A stretch of DNA of 64,000 nt from the human T2T-CHM13v2.0 reference genome, Homo sapiens, in NCBI RefSeq assembly GCF_009914755.1, contig NC_060947.1; one strand, given 5' to 3'. Position numbers and translations under genes: made by a program. This document shows, one piece after another, positions 32,108 through 54,688 of the stretch. The notes below the pieces were generated by a model. The model had not been told where the DNA came from. It did not search any database and saw only the letters and a list, made by a program, of their open reading frames with translations. Position 1 is the first letter of the stretch. Each line of letters opens with the position of its first letter.

Positions 32108-32623
32108 AATAAACTATTCTATTTTTATAGTGATAGCTGAGTAGAATCTTTACAGGTTAAAAAATTAGAATATTTCATGGTCAATTACATAATTGAAATA
32201 TGATCATGAAATGGTTGGTCCACTTACTTCAGTAGTCTGAAAAACTTATGCTAATTATTTACATTTACACTGTGATACAATCAGTTGCATAGCAATTGGT
32301 CATTATTATTACCAGAGAATTTTATTTGGTTGCTTTTTCATTGATTTGAGCAAATGATTTACAGTGTTCTCTGTTTAGGCTCTCACTGTTGTTCTGGAAT
32401 ATACAGGTAATAAATAGTTTGATGTACCATACTATCAACATATTTACTTGAGTAAGGAACACTTTTGTGCGTACAGTATTATTTGGCTTCTTCAGTTGTG
32501 CTTTTAATGCTTGGATATAGTTAGGTTAAAAACATTTTTTATATGCACTAATAATTATTAGCATTGCCTTTTTGGGTACTGTATTTATATGTAGTCAATT
32601 GAAATCCTTGACTTTAAAATAAA
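32108..32623 (+). terminator. Candidate DNAAF6 polyadenylation signals (AATAAA at 32108, 32409, 32618)
   Basis: Canonical hexamers downstream of the stop; which one is used cannot be told from sequence. Confidence 0.5.
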
Positions 32624-33268
32624 TTTAAAGTGTGGCACATTTACAAATCCTGTTTGCTCTCATTTCCTATCTTTCTTCTTAAATAGACATATCTCTTTTA
32701 GGAATTGTCTCAATGTCCCCTCCTTCTTCTATACTGTATTGCATATGTTTATTTTGGAATTATTTATGAATACATTATAAAGCTTGTGTGACTTGGCTTC
32801 ATACATTATTTTAGAACTGTGGAGTTACCAAGGAGTAAATTTTGAAAAGATGAACAATGAAAAGATGTTCATCACTTCTATATGAACTATTAAGGGAATA
32901 AATAGCAGATATTTTCTAGAGTTAATTATATATATACAACTATGAAGCATCTAGTTTGTGACTAGATGAAATGATGAAATAGAATGAAAAGACTGAGATT
33001 TTGGAAAAAAAAAATGGTTGTGTTAGAACACTAAGCTCTTACAGAGAATTTGACATTTAAGCTACCAACACGACTTTCTTCTATGGGGGCAAAAGTTGAG
33101 GGTGGGATTAGCTGAAAGGAAGCTAGTGTCTGTGAGTTTAGGTCCATGATGTTACAGGACCTAAAGAGCATCATACTTTGCTTTTTTAGCATCTTTTTAA
33201 AAGGCTATATTTTAAGAATTTAAGTTGATGCCCCAAATTTAAGCTATGGGGCAAGTCTAAGCAGTAAC

Positions 33269-34152
<884 letters not shown>

Positions 34153-34724
34153 GTAATCAGTATTTTTTTCTTCTCTAGAGAGAAACAGAAAGCTGGTGGA
34201 AAATGTATCTTTTTCCTATGTCCTGGCCCTAATTACGAAGACTATTCTTACCCAAGTTGACTAAATGTGTACAGATTGTTCCCAGAAGAAGAGATAGAAC
34301 ATATCCAAGCCAGCTTGAATTGGGCTTTGGTTATGTGGTATTGTATCAATTATATAATGAAACAGCTTTGAGAACAATGAAATGTGATCCAGTGACTTAT
34401 ACCCATCTAGAAATCATCCTGGGTCACTGTCCTTGGCTTCAGAAGTAACAACTATAGTAGTTATTTTGTTGTTTTGTTTTCAAGCTAATTCACAGTGCTT
34501 TCTTCCCTTAAAGAGGAATAGTCCACTAAAGCAAATGGAGAAAAGAGAATACAAAGGGAAACTTATCTTGTCAGCATTTATTACTGAATCTTAGCCATTA
34601 CCAGGAGAACTGGAAGTTAAACCACAATTGTGGCATAGTGTAGGCTACATACACATCTCCTTCATGAACTCCTTTATCTCATTTTTTGTTCCATAATCTC
34701 CGGTAGCATTTGTGGGGATTCAAT

Positions 34725-35380
34725 AATTCATTTATTCATTCATTCACTCATTTATGCATTCTTTCAGCAAATATCCACTGAGCACTCCCCACATGCTTAG
34801 CACTGTATTAGGTGCTGGGCATATAGCAACAGCAAACCAGATGTGGTCTGGTTTGCTGCTCTCATGAAGCAGACAGTGTAGCAAGGGAGACAAACAATAA
34901 CCGAACAAACAGACAAATATCTATGTTCAAATTATAATTGCTGCTATGAAGAAACAGAACAAGTACCTAGAGAATATCAGAGAACCAAACCTAGTCTGGG
35001 GAGGGGTAACAGAAAAGGTTATCTTAAGGATGTAAGATTTCAGCTGACAAATAAAGAATACCTGGACTTAGGTAAAGAGAGTGTTGGGGGAAGGAGAACA
35101 GTAAGGCTTCTGGGTGCAAGGGGTAGCAAATATGAAGACCCAGGGTGAGTACAGCTTGGGGAGTTCCATGAAATGAAAGTCAGTGAGTCTAAGGTAAACC
35201 TGGGGGAGGTCAACTAGAGGTAAGTTTGGAAATGTAGGCTGGAGCAAAGTCATGTGGAATCTCATAGGCTAAGATTGGGAATTTGGAATTTATTCTAAGT
35301 GCTTGGGGGAAGAGAATGTATTAGGAGGCAAGAATGGAAAAGAAGAGATAAGTTAGAAGGCTACTGCAATAGGCTAGGTT
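34725..35380 (-). mobile_element. L2
   Basis: cattcattcactcatt...cagcaaatatccactgagcac...ggaggcaagaatggaa. Confidence 0.75.
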
Positions 35381-35451
35381 ATTATTCTATATGTTAGCCT
35401 AAATAAAATTCATTATCGATTTCATTCTAATTAGAAAAAATACATACGGAC

Positions 35452-35881
35452 TGCTATGGTTTAAATATAGTATGTTCCCACCAAACACATGCTAAGGCTT
35501 GGTTCTCAGTGCAGCAATGTTGGGAGGTGGGGCCTAGTGGGAGGTGTTTGGGTCATGGAGGGAAGATCCCTCATCAATAGATCAATGTTGTCTCGCAAGA
35601 GTGAGTGCTCACTCTCATGGGATTGGATTACAATGCAAGAGTGGATTGTTATAGAATGAAGTTGCTCTTCATGTCTTCTTTCTTTGCACATGCCTGCTGG
35701 CCCTCCCACCTTTCCACTGTGAGATGAAACAGCATGTGGCCCTCTCCAGAAGCCAAGTAGATGCTGGGCCCATGCTTCTTGGACTTCCGAGCCATCAGAA
35801 TCTAGAGCCAATTAAACCTCTTTATTGCAAATTACCCAGTCTCAGATATTCTCTCATAGCAACTGAAAACGGACTAAGACA
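35452..35881 (+). mobile_element. MST-family MaLR solo LTR
   Basis: tgctatggttt...ggaggtggggcctagtgggaggtgtttgggtcatgg...ggactaagaca; TSD cggac/ctgac. Confidence 0.85.
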
Positions 35882-36049
35882 CTGACATGTTCCAGGCAGG
35901 AAACTTTAACAATAGAAAAGCTCTTTAAAAATGAAGCAAAATTTAAAATCACCTATAAGCAAACGAACCATAAAAAAACACTGTTATCATTTTGGTGCCT
36001 CTTCCCAACCTTTTATTTTCGATGCCTAACATTGATGTTATTTTTTCCC

Positions 36050-37700
36050 AAATGGGATGATATTGCACACACTGGTTTTATAATCCACTTTATTTTAATT
36101 TCCAAGTCTATTCCTTTTTAAATCATATTTTTTCCTGAATTCTAATTGTATTGCATTGTGGTAAAAGAATGTGATAAATAATCTGTGTATTTTAAAAGAC
36201 AATATTGTGTAATTGTTGGGTACTGAATTCTACATATGTCAATTCAAGTTTTTTGTGTTTTTCAAATCTTCTACATTCTTGATAATTTTTGGTCTGCTTT
36301 ATCTGCCAACACTAACAGGTATATTAAAATTTACCACTGATGATAGATTTATCAGTTTCTCCTTGTAATCCTGTCCATTTTTGTTTTACATATTTTGAGG
36401 CTATATTTTTGGGTACAGACAGATTTAGAATTGTTATATCTTCCTAGTGGATTACTTCTTTTATCAATATGCTGTGAAACTCTTTAACCCTAATAATTGT
36501 TGTTTTAATGTATGTTTTGTTTACCATTAACATGGCTGTATCATTTTGGTTAGTATTTTTCAGGCATACTTTATTTTCTATCACTTTCCATGTTTTCCAT
36601 GTTTTAGATAAGACTTTTATTAACAGCATGTAGCTAAATCTGGGATTTTAAAATTTAACGAAGATTCTGTCTAAACTCACAAGTTTTAGTCCAGTTGCAT
36701 TTATTGTGATTAATGATACATGTGGATGTATTTATATCATTTTATCATGAGATTTATCTTTTATTCTTCTTTTTCCTCCTTTCTTGCTATTTGTCAATTT
36801 TTAAATATTTTTTCTCTTACTGGTTTGAAAATTATATATTCTGTGTTTTTTTAACATAAATGTCTAAAGTTTCTCAGTAGTGCTACCCTCCCATAAAATA
36901 ATTCAAGGACTTAGTTTTAACCCAACCACGCCTCTGTCACTTTGTTTATATATTACCAGATTATTCATCATCATTATTGCTTTTAACAGACAATGCTTGT
37001 CTAGATTTACCCATGTGTTTACCAGTATCTTTGTTCACCATCCTTTTTCCACATCAATGCTTCCTTTCTGAATGTACACACTTTAGTGTTTCCCTCAGCA
37101 AAGGGAGTTCTTTATTTTCTCACTTAATTTCTGAAAATATTTTTATTGCCCTCATTCTTGAATACTAATTTAACTGGGTTTAGAAATCTAGGTTGACAGT
37201 TATTTTCCCTCAGACAGGGAATTTCTCTCAGACAGTTATTTTCCCTCAGAACTTTGAAGATATTATTTACCTGCATTCTGGCCTATACTGTTGTAATGTA
37301 AAAGTCTGTTGTCTGTCTTTTTGTTGCTGTGTAGATAATCTGTCTTTTCTCTCTGGTAGTTTTAAAGATTTTTCTCTTTATTTTTTGGTGTTCTACAATT
37401 TGACTATAATATGTTTAGATATAGATTTATTTTTATTTTTTTTACTTGGCACTTGTACTTCTTAAGTCTTCCATCAATTCATAAAAATTCTCAGCCATTA
37501 TCTCCTTGAATATTGCCTTTCTCCCATTTTCTGTATTTTTCTTCTGGAAGTCCTCTTAGGTAAAGGTTGAATCTTTCATTCTGTCCTCCATGTCTTTTAG
37601 CCTCTGTCATATTTTTCATCTCTCTTTGTTCTTAATACTGGGTAATTTTCTCAGATCTATTCCCCAGTTTAATAATTCTCAGGATTCTAATCTTGCCAGT
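36050..37700 (-). mobile_element. Old L1M (ME/MD-type) remnant
   Basis: T-rich antisense L1 motifs (attctcagccattatctcc, ctaggttgacagttattttc). Confidence 0.65.
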
Positions 37701-37728
37701 GATTATGTCCACTGACTCCCCCTCATAG

Positions 37729-38527
37729 TGAAATGAGATAGTTCCCTTTACACCTTCACAGGACTCCTGAAGGCGTTGGCTCATTTACTCAGACTGCAGC
37801 TCTCAACCCCTTGTGGGAGGGGGGTGCACACAGGTCAGCAGGTGCAGAGGCCAGGATGAGCGCTTCTGGGCAACTGGCCTGAGCAGATCTCTGTACAGGC
37901 CTGCAGCAGCATCTAGGGGTTGCCCATGACCCCTGGAGCCCCAGAGGGAATGTGTTACAGTGTGCTCTTTTAGCTTTGCCATCCATGGACGGCTTAAGTG
38001 TTAAAAAGTTCAGTGGAGGGTCAGTGTGCCAGCCTCTTACACCTGCACCTGGGCCCTTATCCAGTGTCCAGGAAGAATCAGGTTGCATGAATGAATTGAA
38101 GAGTGGTGAATGTGGAAGATTTTATTGAGCAATGGAAGTGACTCTCAGTGGGCTGGGGAGCTGAAAAGGGGATGGAATGGGAAGGTGGTCTTCCCCTGGA
38201 GCTCAGCCATCCCTGGACAAACTCTTCTCTGAGGTTCCACCGTCAAGCCCTCCCTCTGAAGTCAGGTTGCTTCTCTCTGATGTCCAGCTACTTCTTCTCT
38301 TCTCTTCTTCTCTGCCACTCTGCCACTTTGCCAGTGGGGCCTAGGGTTTTTATGGGTACAGGATGGGGGGCAAGGTGAGCCAGGGTGGTTTTCGAAAACG
38401 CAACATTCGGACAAGAAAACAGGAATGCATGTTCTCACTTTGGGCCATGGATCCAGGCTTGAGGGTATGGCCCTCACTGGGGACTGCCCTCTTCTACCCA
38501 GTATTTCCCTGCCCCCTGTTCATATCA
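37729..38527 (-). mobile_element. ERV1 solo LTR of the LTR1/LTR27/LTR28/MER52 (HUERS-P) group
   Basis: Reverse complement starts TGATATGAACAGGGGGCAGGGAAATACTGGGTAGAAGAGGGC; 4-bp TSD atag/acag. Confidence 0.75.
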
Positions 38528-39167
38528 ACAGTAGGTAATTTACTCTTGTATTTTTTATTGTGATATCCCTTTTCATGGGGCTTTAAAAAAATCTGTGAAA
38601 ATCTCTTGTGGTCTGTGTTGTGGGAGCATCCTTCCAAAGCAGTTTTTCCTTTGCTTCTGCCAAAAAACCTCAGAGTTAATGTTCCCAGGCCATTCAGGTA
38701 GAATAAATTAAAACCGCAACCCTATTTGACTTCCAGGCCTGTGCTTTAATTCTCAGAGGAATTTTTTCTTCCACCTAAAGCTTAGATGAGACAGATAGGA
38801 TTCCTTGTTGTTTCCCTGTGCCAAGATGCACAGAATCTGAGCTTTATGATAGGACCCGTGGCCTAAGACATCTTCTGTCTCTGTGTTTGTTAAAAATTGA
38901 AACTCCCTTACCAGGGCAACCACAACTTTCACAAGATTACCACTCTGGCTTTCAGTTTTCTCCTCATTTTTGGCTTTTGGGAGTTTTCCCTTATTTATTG
39001 GGGGCTCAGTTATTCAATTAAAACAAATTTTGTATATCTTACCTTGTGCTAATAGAAGTTTATATCAAAAAGTAATTAGTTGACCATATTGCTGGAAATG
39101 GCTGGTCTGTTTTCTTAACTTAGCAATACATTTCAAATATCTTCCATGTTAATATTCTTCAACATGA

Positions 39168-39601
39168 TTGTTATAGATTGAATTTCCTAGACAGCGGATT
39201 CCAAATCAGACAAAAAGTTTACTGGGGAGTACTCTTGGGATCAACACTTGTGGGAAGAAGAAAAGGAAGCAAAATTGGACAAAGAGGTTGAGCTATGATG
39301 CAGTCATACCAAGGCCTTAGCAGACCACACGGGGAGCTCTGAATCTGGAATAAACTTCCAGAATTGTTTCCATTTGGAGCAAGGAGGCTGAGACTATACT
39401 CCTGCACTGACTGGCCATTGAATGCAAACTGCACCTGGGAAGGGGCATAACCTTACATTAGGTCACTCTCTTCAGCCAAGGGCGGTTGCCAGAGAAGAAT
39501 GACAGCAGAGAGCTGTCTGCCAGCAGCCCTCTCAGTAGCTGGGAGAATAAGCCCTTTGTCTTGAAGCAGGATATGGATGGCACAGAATAGTGTCCACAAC
39601 A
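39168..39601 (-). mobile_element. LTR16-like ERVL solo LTR
   Basis: agtttactggggagtactcttgggatcaacacttgtgg...ggggagctctg. Confidence 0.6.
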
Positions 39602-40749
39602 ATGATTTTAAATGGTTTGAAGTCTCCCATCATATATATATGGACTCTGAATATCCAATAATGATTATTTCTATTTTTTCTACAAGAATAATAAATGAAT
39701 AATACTAATATGAGCATTATTGTACATTCTCTTTGTCCGCATCTTGTATTTTATTCCTCAGGTTAAAGTCCTAGAAGTGAAATTGCTCTATATGCACATT
39801 TCTAAATATTTTGATAAATTTAGCCAAATTGCCTGTCAAAAAGGCTCATATTAGTGCGCATTTCTTTACACCCTAAGAAACCTTGAATAACATCATCCTT
39901 TTTAATGATTTACAACTTAATAAGGAAAAATAACATTATATCATTTTTACAAATTCTATACCTTGACATACTTAGTGAGGCTGAACAATTTACCATACAT
40001 TTATTGGCTATTTATGCTCTTGTTTTGAGGTCTATTTATTCTTGTCTTTTGTTAATTTTTCTATTAGAGTATTTAATTTTTTCTTATTGATTTGTAAAAC
40101 CTTCTTATATATTAAGAATAGTAAAGTTAGCTATCTGTAACATATTTTACAAACATTTCTCACAGGACTTTTTGTCTTTTAATTCTGTTTAGTATTTTTA
40201 ATATGAAGTTTTTATGTTTTGTAGCATATTCTTAGGTTATTCACTTATTTTTATTCTGGTGGTATTAAGATTTCATCTTTTACTTTTAACTGTATCCAGC
40301 TGGAATTTATTTTGGAACAATTAATTTTTGGCTTTTTAACTCTAAAGTTGAACATTATAAAATATGTTTAAAACATTCACTGTCACACTCTGCCTTCTCC
40401 CATTTAATTTTACTATGAAATCATCCATAATTTTTGCTGCTAGAAGAGCATTTGATGATTTGTAATATATTATAAAGCAATGGAATTTGAGTGCAGTGCA
40501 CTTTTAGTCAATTCCCCTGACAAGATAATTTTTAAATGTTTCTATTTGACTTTAAAATACATTTCACATATGTACATTTCACACATACATGAATAGGTCT
40601 TACACTAAATTTATACCAGTCCGAATTTCAGAAGCATCATTATTAACATCCAACTTGACAGATGGGAAGCAACCAGTTTTCCTTATCCTGCTAATCTGTT
40701 TAAACGCGTTTTTGTTTCTTACTCACATGCAGAAAATGACTGTATCACC

Positions 40750-41359
40750 TATGAAAGGAAAATAAATATTGGTACCCCAAAATCACTAAGCCAAAGGGAA
40801 AAGTCAAGCTGCAAACTGTGTCAGGCAAATATGCCTCCCATTCTATTCCTAAATAAGATAGCTACAAAGATAAAAAAGCTACATACCTCCCTCACAATTT
40901 GCCCACGAGGAAATTCCTTGTGGACAAAGGATAGGCAGAACTCAAAGTTATCCCTCTGCTCATGTGAGACAAATGCATACCTGACTGCTTCCTTTGCCCT
41001 ATTGTTTCACTAAGCCAGACTAAGGCATAAGCGACTATTCCTGTAAATTGTGCATTCAGTGAAAAGCTAATCAGAAACTCAAAAAAATGCAACCATTTGT
41101 CTCTTATCTACCTGTGACCTGGAAGCCCCCTCCCCGCTTTGAGTTGTCCTGCCTTTCCGGACAAAACCAATGTACATCTTACATATATTGATTGATGTTT
41201 CATGTCTCCCTACAATGTATAAAACCAAGCTGTGCCCCGACCACCTTGCGCACATGTTGTCAGGACCTCCTGAGGCTGTGTCAGTGGCACATCCTTAACC
41301 TTGGCAAAATAAACTTTCTAAATTGGTTGAGACTTGTCTCAGATAATTTTTAGTTTAAA
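40750..41359 (+). mobile_element. MER4-group ERV1 solo LTR
   Basis: gaaaggaaaataaat...ccccaaaatcactaagccaaagggaaaagtcaagctg...aaaataaactttctaaattg. Confidence 0.85.
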
Positions 41360-41441
41360 CACATTTCAACCTAAGCAGTGCTTTTACCTAAATACATTGA
41401 ATATTCCCACACTCAGGAGGGGGAATTGAATGGATGAGTAG

Positions 41442-41748
<307 letters not shown>

Positions 41749-42316
41749 TAGAAAGATAATTATTTCTGTTTAAAGCATTTTCCATGTGGATAACGCACAG
41801 TACAGGGAAAGGCAAGGCCAAGGTTAACATGGAATCTTTATGCCAATAAGAAAAGCCCTACCCTATTGAAGAAGAGGTTAAAAAAAAAAAAAAAGGCATC
41901 CTTCGTAAACAAATTACAACCTCCACCACTACCCGAGGGAGACAAATTAGGAAAAGGCCCTCAACATTGCTATGCTGACTTTTGGCTTCAACTTCTTGCC
42001 TCTTTCTCAAATGCCTTTGGGCCTATACAACCTTAGGCAGTACCTTCTCTTCATCCTCCTTTTTGTTGTCCTCTTCAATTCTTGCTGTACTACAGGCTTT
42101 AACGGTCAGTTAAGGAATCCAAATAAAGTCTGTAATTTAGTTAATAATATTATACCAATGTTAATTTCTCAATTCTGATCATTGCACTATAGTTATGCAA
42201 GACATTAACATGAGGGGAAGCTGAGTAAAAGAAACACAAAAACTCTGTATGATTTTGGCCACTTCTTGTGGGTCAAAAATTATTTTTTAAAAAAAGGTTG
42301 TTTTAAAAAGTCAGTA

Positions 42317-45041
42317 GTGACTTTTTTTTTAAAAAGTAGTGTTTTAAAAAGCAGTGAGATGGCAGTGTAGGACTCTCCATTAATCATCCCCCCCACAGAA
42401 ACATCAATTTGAACACATGAAAAAAATCTTTACAAGAGCTAAGGAAACCAGGTGCAAGATCACACCACCTAATTTTAGCATAATAAGACACACTGAAGGG
42501 GATGGAAAGGGCCGTTTTACATTACTCACTTCACCCCTCCCCCAACCCCAGGCTGCATGGCTATGAGTAAGTTTAACCAGGGAGGTGAAAGAGCTCTACA
42601 ATGAATAATATAAAACACCAATGAAAGAAATTAAAGAGACAAATAAATGGAGAGATATCCTGTGTTCATGGATTGGAAGGATTAATATTGTTAAAGTGGC
42701 TGTACTACTGAAAACAATCTACAGATTCAATGCAATCCTTATCGAAATACCAATGACAGTCCCCACAGAAGTAGGAAAAATTGTACTAAAATATGTATGG
42801 AACCAAAAAATACCTGGAATAGCCAAAGCAAACTCAAGCAAAAAGAACAAAGCTGTAGGCATCACAATACCTGATTTCAAAGTATGTTACAAAGCTCTAG
42901 CAACCAAAACAGCATGCTACTGACACAAAAACAGACAAATATACCTACAAACTAAAAATAAAATCCTAAGCCCCCCCACTCTCTGAACAGACCCACTATT
43001 GGCCAAGGGGATCCCAGAAAAACCTTAAAAACTGAATTCTTGGTCATAATGGGAAGGAAGGTCAGACGTGCCTTGTTATACTCCCTCCTTTTTGGAGATT
43101 ATGCACAACTGACCAACATTAATGTTAAAATAGAGATCATAAGACTAACGAAACAGACTTTGTGACAATAAGATAACAAATTATAAACAGGACCTAATGC
43201 CTGATCCAGTGTATTGGTTAACAGACATATCTATCTTACCTTTGTGAAAGGAAAATAAATCTTGGGGCCCCAAAATCACTAAGATAAAGGAAAAAGTCAA
43301 GCTGGGAACTGCTTAGGGCAAACCTGCCTCCCATTCTATTCAAAGTCATCCCTCTGCTCACTGAGATAAATGCATATCTGATTGTCTAAATTGACTGAGA
43401 CCTATCTCAGGTTTTTGGGGTTCACAGGTGCCAAGAACACACAAAGGGATAGATTCAAGTCTCTTGAATCAATGGTGCTGGAAAAAACTGGGTATCCATA
43501 TGCAGAATAATGAAACTAGACCCTTATCTCTCACCATATACAAAATTAAACTCAAAATGGATTAAAGACTTAAATGTAAGACCCAAAACTATGAAATTAC
43601 TAGTAGAAAACATAGAAAAACACTTCATGATGTTGGTCTAGGTAAGGATATTTTTGGATAAAACCTCAAAAGCACATACAACAAAAGCAAAACTAGACAA
43701 ATGGGATGACATCTCACTAATAAGTTTCTGCATAGCAAAAGAAACAATTAACAGAGTGAAAAGACAGCCTACAGAATGGAAGAAAATATTTGCAAACTAT
43801 ATATCTGACAAGGCGCTAATATCCAAGATATACCAGAAACTCAAACAACTCAATAACAACAACAACAACAAAAAACCCAATTGACAAATGGGTGCATTAC
43901 CTGAATAGACATTTCTCAAAAGAAGAAATACAAATAGAAAACAGGCGTGTGAAAAAATGCTCAATATTGCTAATAATCGGGGAAATGCAAATCAAATCCA
44001 CAATGAGATATCACCTCACTCCAGTTAAAATGGCCATGATCAAAAAGAGAAAAGATAATAAGTACTGGCAAGTATGTGGAGTACTTATCTCCACATACTT
44101 ATAGAGATAGAGAGTTACTGGAGGCTGTGAAGGGTAGAGGAGAGGGGAGGATGAAGAGAGGTTGATTCATTGGTACAGATATACACTTAGAAGAAATAAG
44201 ACCTGGTGTTCGATAGATCAGTACAGTGATTATAACTAACATGAATCGATTGTACATTTCCAACTATCTGGGAGAGAAAAATTGAAATATTCATAGCACA
44301 AAGAAAAGATAAATATTTGAGGTACTAGATATCCCGATTACCCTAACTTGATTATATGAATATATTGAATTATCACATGTACTCTGAAAATATGTACAGC
44401 TATTATGTATAAAACAACTTTTTAAAGAAAAAGAATTTTTAAATGTAAAAATAAATTTAGAAAAGAAAATGTGGTATATATACACAATGGAATGTTACTC
44501 AGCCATAAAAAGAATGAAATCCTGCCATTTGTGACAACATGTATGAGCCTGGAGGACATTATGTTAAATGAAATAAGCCAGGCACAGAAAGACAAATACC
44601 ACATGATCTCACTCACATGTGGAATCTAAAAAAGTTGATCACATAGCAGTAGAGAGTAGAATGGTGGTTACCATAAGCTGAGGTCATTAGCAGTGAGGAT
44701 GGGGGATGGAGAGATGTTGATTAAAGGATACAAATCACAGAAGAGGAATAAATTTTAAGAGAAATACAGCAAGGTGACTGTAGTTAATGGTGACATATTC
44801 TTAAAAAATGTAAAGAGAGTGAATGTTATGTACTCTTACAACAAAAATAGCTAAGTGAGGTAATGCATTTATTAATTAGCTAGATTTAACCATCCCATGA
44901 TGTTTATGTACTTCAAAACATCATGTTGTACAAAATAAAAACGTAAAATGTTATCTGTCAATTTATTCTTTTATTTTTGTTCTTTTTATTGTTTTTCTTT
45001 TTTTCTTTGTTTCTTATCTGTCAAATTAAAATAATATTTTT
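42317..45041 (+). mobile_element. L1MA-type element (5' piece, ORF2 C-terminus, 3' UTR) with nested insertions
   Basis: ORF2 peptides [17 protein letters not shown] and [16 protein letters not shown]; apparent TSD aaaagtcagta at 42306 and 45042. Confidence 0.85.
42947..43426 (+). mobile_element. MER4D/E-like LTR 5' fragment followed by an internally deleted MER4A1-like LTR (43243-43426)
   Basis: aaaataaaatcctaagcccccc...; tgtgaaaggaaaataaatcttggggcccc...gcatatctgattg joined to tctaaattgactgagacc...ttcaca. Confidence 0.75.
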
Positions 45042-45429
45042 AAAAGTCAGTACAGGAGAAAGTCAGCTACAGGATTTTGATCCTAGCCTCATGGCTCTGT
45101 CTTCCTTTGCAGCTCTGAACTCTATTTTTTGTCATTCACACCTGTGGTGTGCTTCCAATTTTGCTGGATATATTGCACAAACCAGCGAATCTTTAGATTA
45201 CAGCTGGTTTTCTTTCCCAAATACAACCTGTTCAACATAAAGACATAAACAATAAGCTCAATCTCAATTTCAATAAAGTTGATTAATCAACTTTTTTGCT
45301 AGACACTGTGGGGGTGGTATACAGAAGTATACATTAAAAAAATTTACAATTAAATTTAGAAGACATGAGTAGCACACATAATACAAAAGAAAACATATAA
45401 GCGACAATATGTAAGTGTTAAATTGTGTA

Positions 45430-46125
45430 CTTCAGGACATTAGTGAAAATGGTGGGATCAGAACTTGCAAAAATCCTCTCCTCCATAAAGCAACAAGAGC
45501 ATTAAGTGAAAACTCTAAGAATTAAATTTCCAGAACCTGGAAATGTAACCAAAAGCTTACAACAATCCAGGGTACATTTATTCGAGAGAAATAGCTGAAT
45601 CTGAGTAAAAACAGCAAAATTTGTGGCATTTCAACCTACCCTATTCCCATCCTCATCCCCTTCCCAGTTCCACAATAGCTTTGAAGATCAGTGGACCTCA
45701 ATCAAAGTAAAAACAAGAAGCTGGGAAAACAGTAGAGGGAGCAAAATGCAGTTAGAGCTTCTTCAGAGTTTCATGCCCAGAATTACTCTGCTACTTAAAC
45801 AAGAAAAACACTCAACAAGAAAAGAAAACTATAGACCAATAAACCTTGCAAATATAGATTCAAAAATCCTCAACAAAATGCTAGTGAATGAAATCCAGCA
45901 ACATATAAAAAGGATCATACACCATGACCAAGTAGGATTTATCCAAGGAATGGAAGGTTGGTTCAACATATAAATATCAATCAATATAATATACTATATT
46001 AATAGAATAAAGGACAATTACTTCATGATCATCTCAATAGATACAGAAAAAGCATTTGACAAAATTAAACATCCTTTGTGACAAATATGCTCAACAAATT
46101 AAAAATAGAAGGGAATTTTCTTACT
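45430..46125 (+). mobile_element. Old L1 fragments including ORF2 reverse transcriptase
   Basis: [19 protein letters not shown]...[17 protein letters not shown]. Confidence 0.85.
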
Positions 46126-46129
46126 CTCT

Positions 46130-47105
<976 letters not shown>

Positions 47106-47349
47106 GCTCCCTACCCTTTGCTCATTACCACTGTTCCTTTTATTGTCTCTATGTTTTGCCTTTTTCAAAATGTCATATAATTGAAATTATACAGTATATA
47201 GCTCTTATGAGAGCAATATAGTGTGTCCCTGCCCAAATCTCATATTGAAATATAATCCCCAGTGTTGGAGGTGGGGCCTGGTGTGAAGTGATTGAATCAT
47301 AGGCATGGATTTCTCATGAATGGTTTACCACGGTCCCCCTTGGTACTGA

Positions 47350-53688
<6,339 letters not shown>

Positions 53689-54381
53689 AAATGAACACGG
53701 CAGATTTGATGCACAGTATGGAAACTCATCTGACTAAATTGCATGATTGCTTTAGGAGTTATCAGAGAATAAGACTGGCTAGGTAGGTGGAGGAAAAATT
53801 AAGGCGGAGCTTGAAAGATAGCAGAGTTTTGTCTTCATCCTATAAATCCAGATTTTTATCAGAGAATTGACATGATACAGAGACAAGAGAGGCAGTATAT
53901 AACCTAGTAATTAAAGAGCATAGGCTCTAGAGTAAGACAGACCTAGGACTCAATTGTGGCTCAGACTATTTTCATCATGACTACTGTACCTTTACCATTT
54001 CACGGGTTTGAAGCTATTATCTTTGAATCCTGGTATGGCAAGGCATCATTGTCACTTTCTCTCATTGACTGTGCTAGCATTCTCCCACCTCCTACTTGTT
54101 CTAAGTATTCTTTTATTTTTTTAAATCCAGGACTGAGTGAGCAACCAGGACCCAGAAAAGCTTGCTAGCATAATCCTCAGTTACATTTAAAATACTTGGA
54201 AATTTTCATTGTTTTGAAATAGTTTGATTTGAACTAAGCTAAAATTTACCTTCCATTGGTTTTCTATGAAATAATGTAAACAAAATGATATGGTGCCTCA
54301 ACGTATTAAGAAATTAACTTTGTGAAGACTTTAGCATGTGTATTGTTTTATTTAAAAGGTAGGGCTACATATAAAGAGCTC

Positions 54382-54688
54382 TTTATTTTTTATTTTTATT
54401 TTTCTGAGACAGAGTCTAGCTCTGTCACCCAGGCTGGCGCGCAGTGGTGTGATCTGGGCTCACTGCAACCTCCCGCCTCCTCGGTTCAAGCAATTTTCTT
54501 GTCTCAGCCTCCTGGGTAGCTGGGACAACAGGTGCAGGCCACAATGCCTGGCTAATTTTTATATTCTTAAAGTAGAGACGGGGTTTCACCATGTTGGCAG
54601 GCTGGTCTCAAACTCCTGAGCACAGGTGATCCGCCCACCTCGGCCTCCCAAAGTGCTGGGATTACAGGCTGAGCCACCATGCCCAGCC
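54382..54688 (-). mobile_element. AluS
   Basis: TSD aaagagctctt / aaatagctctt. Confidence 0.92.
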
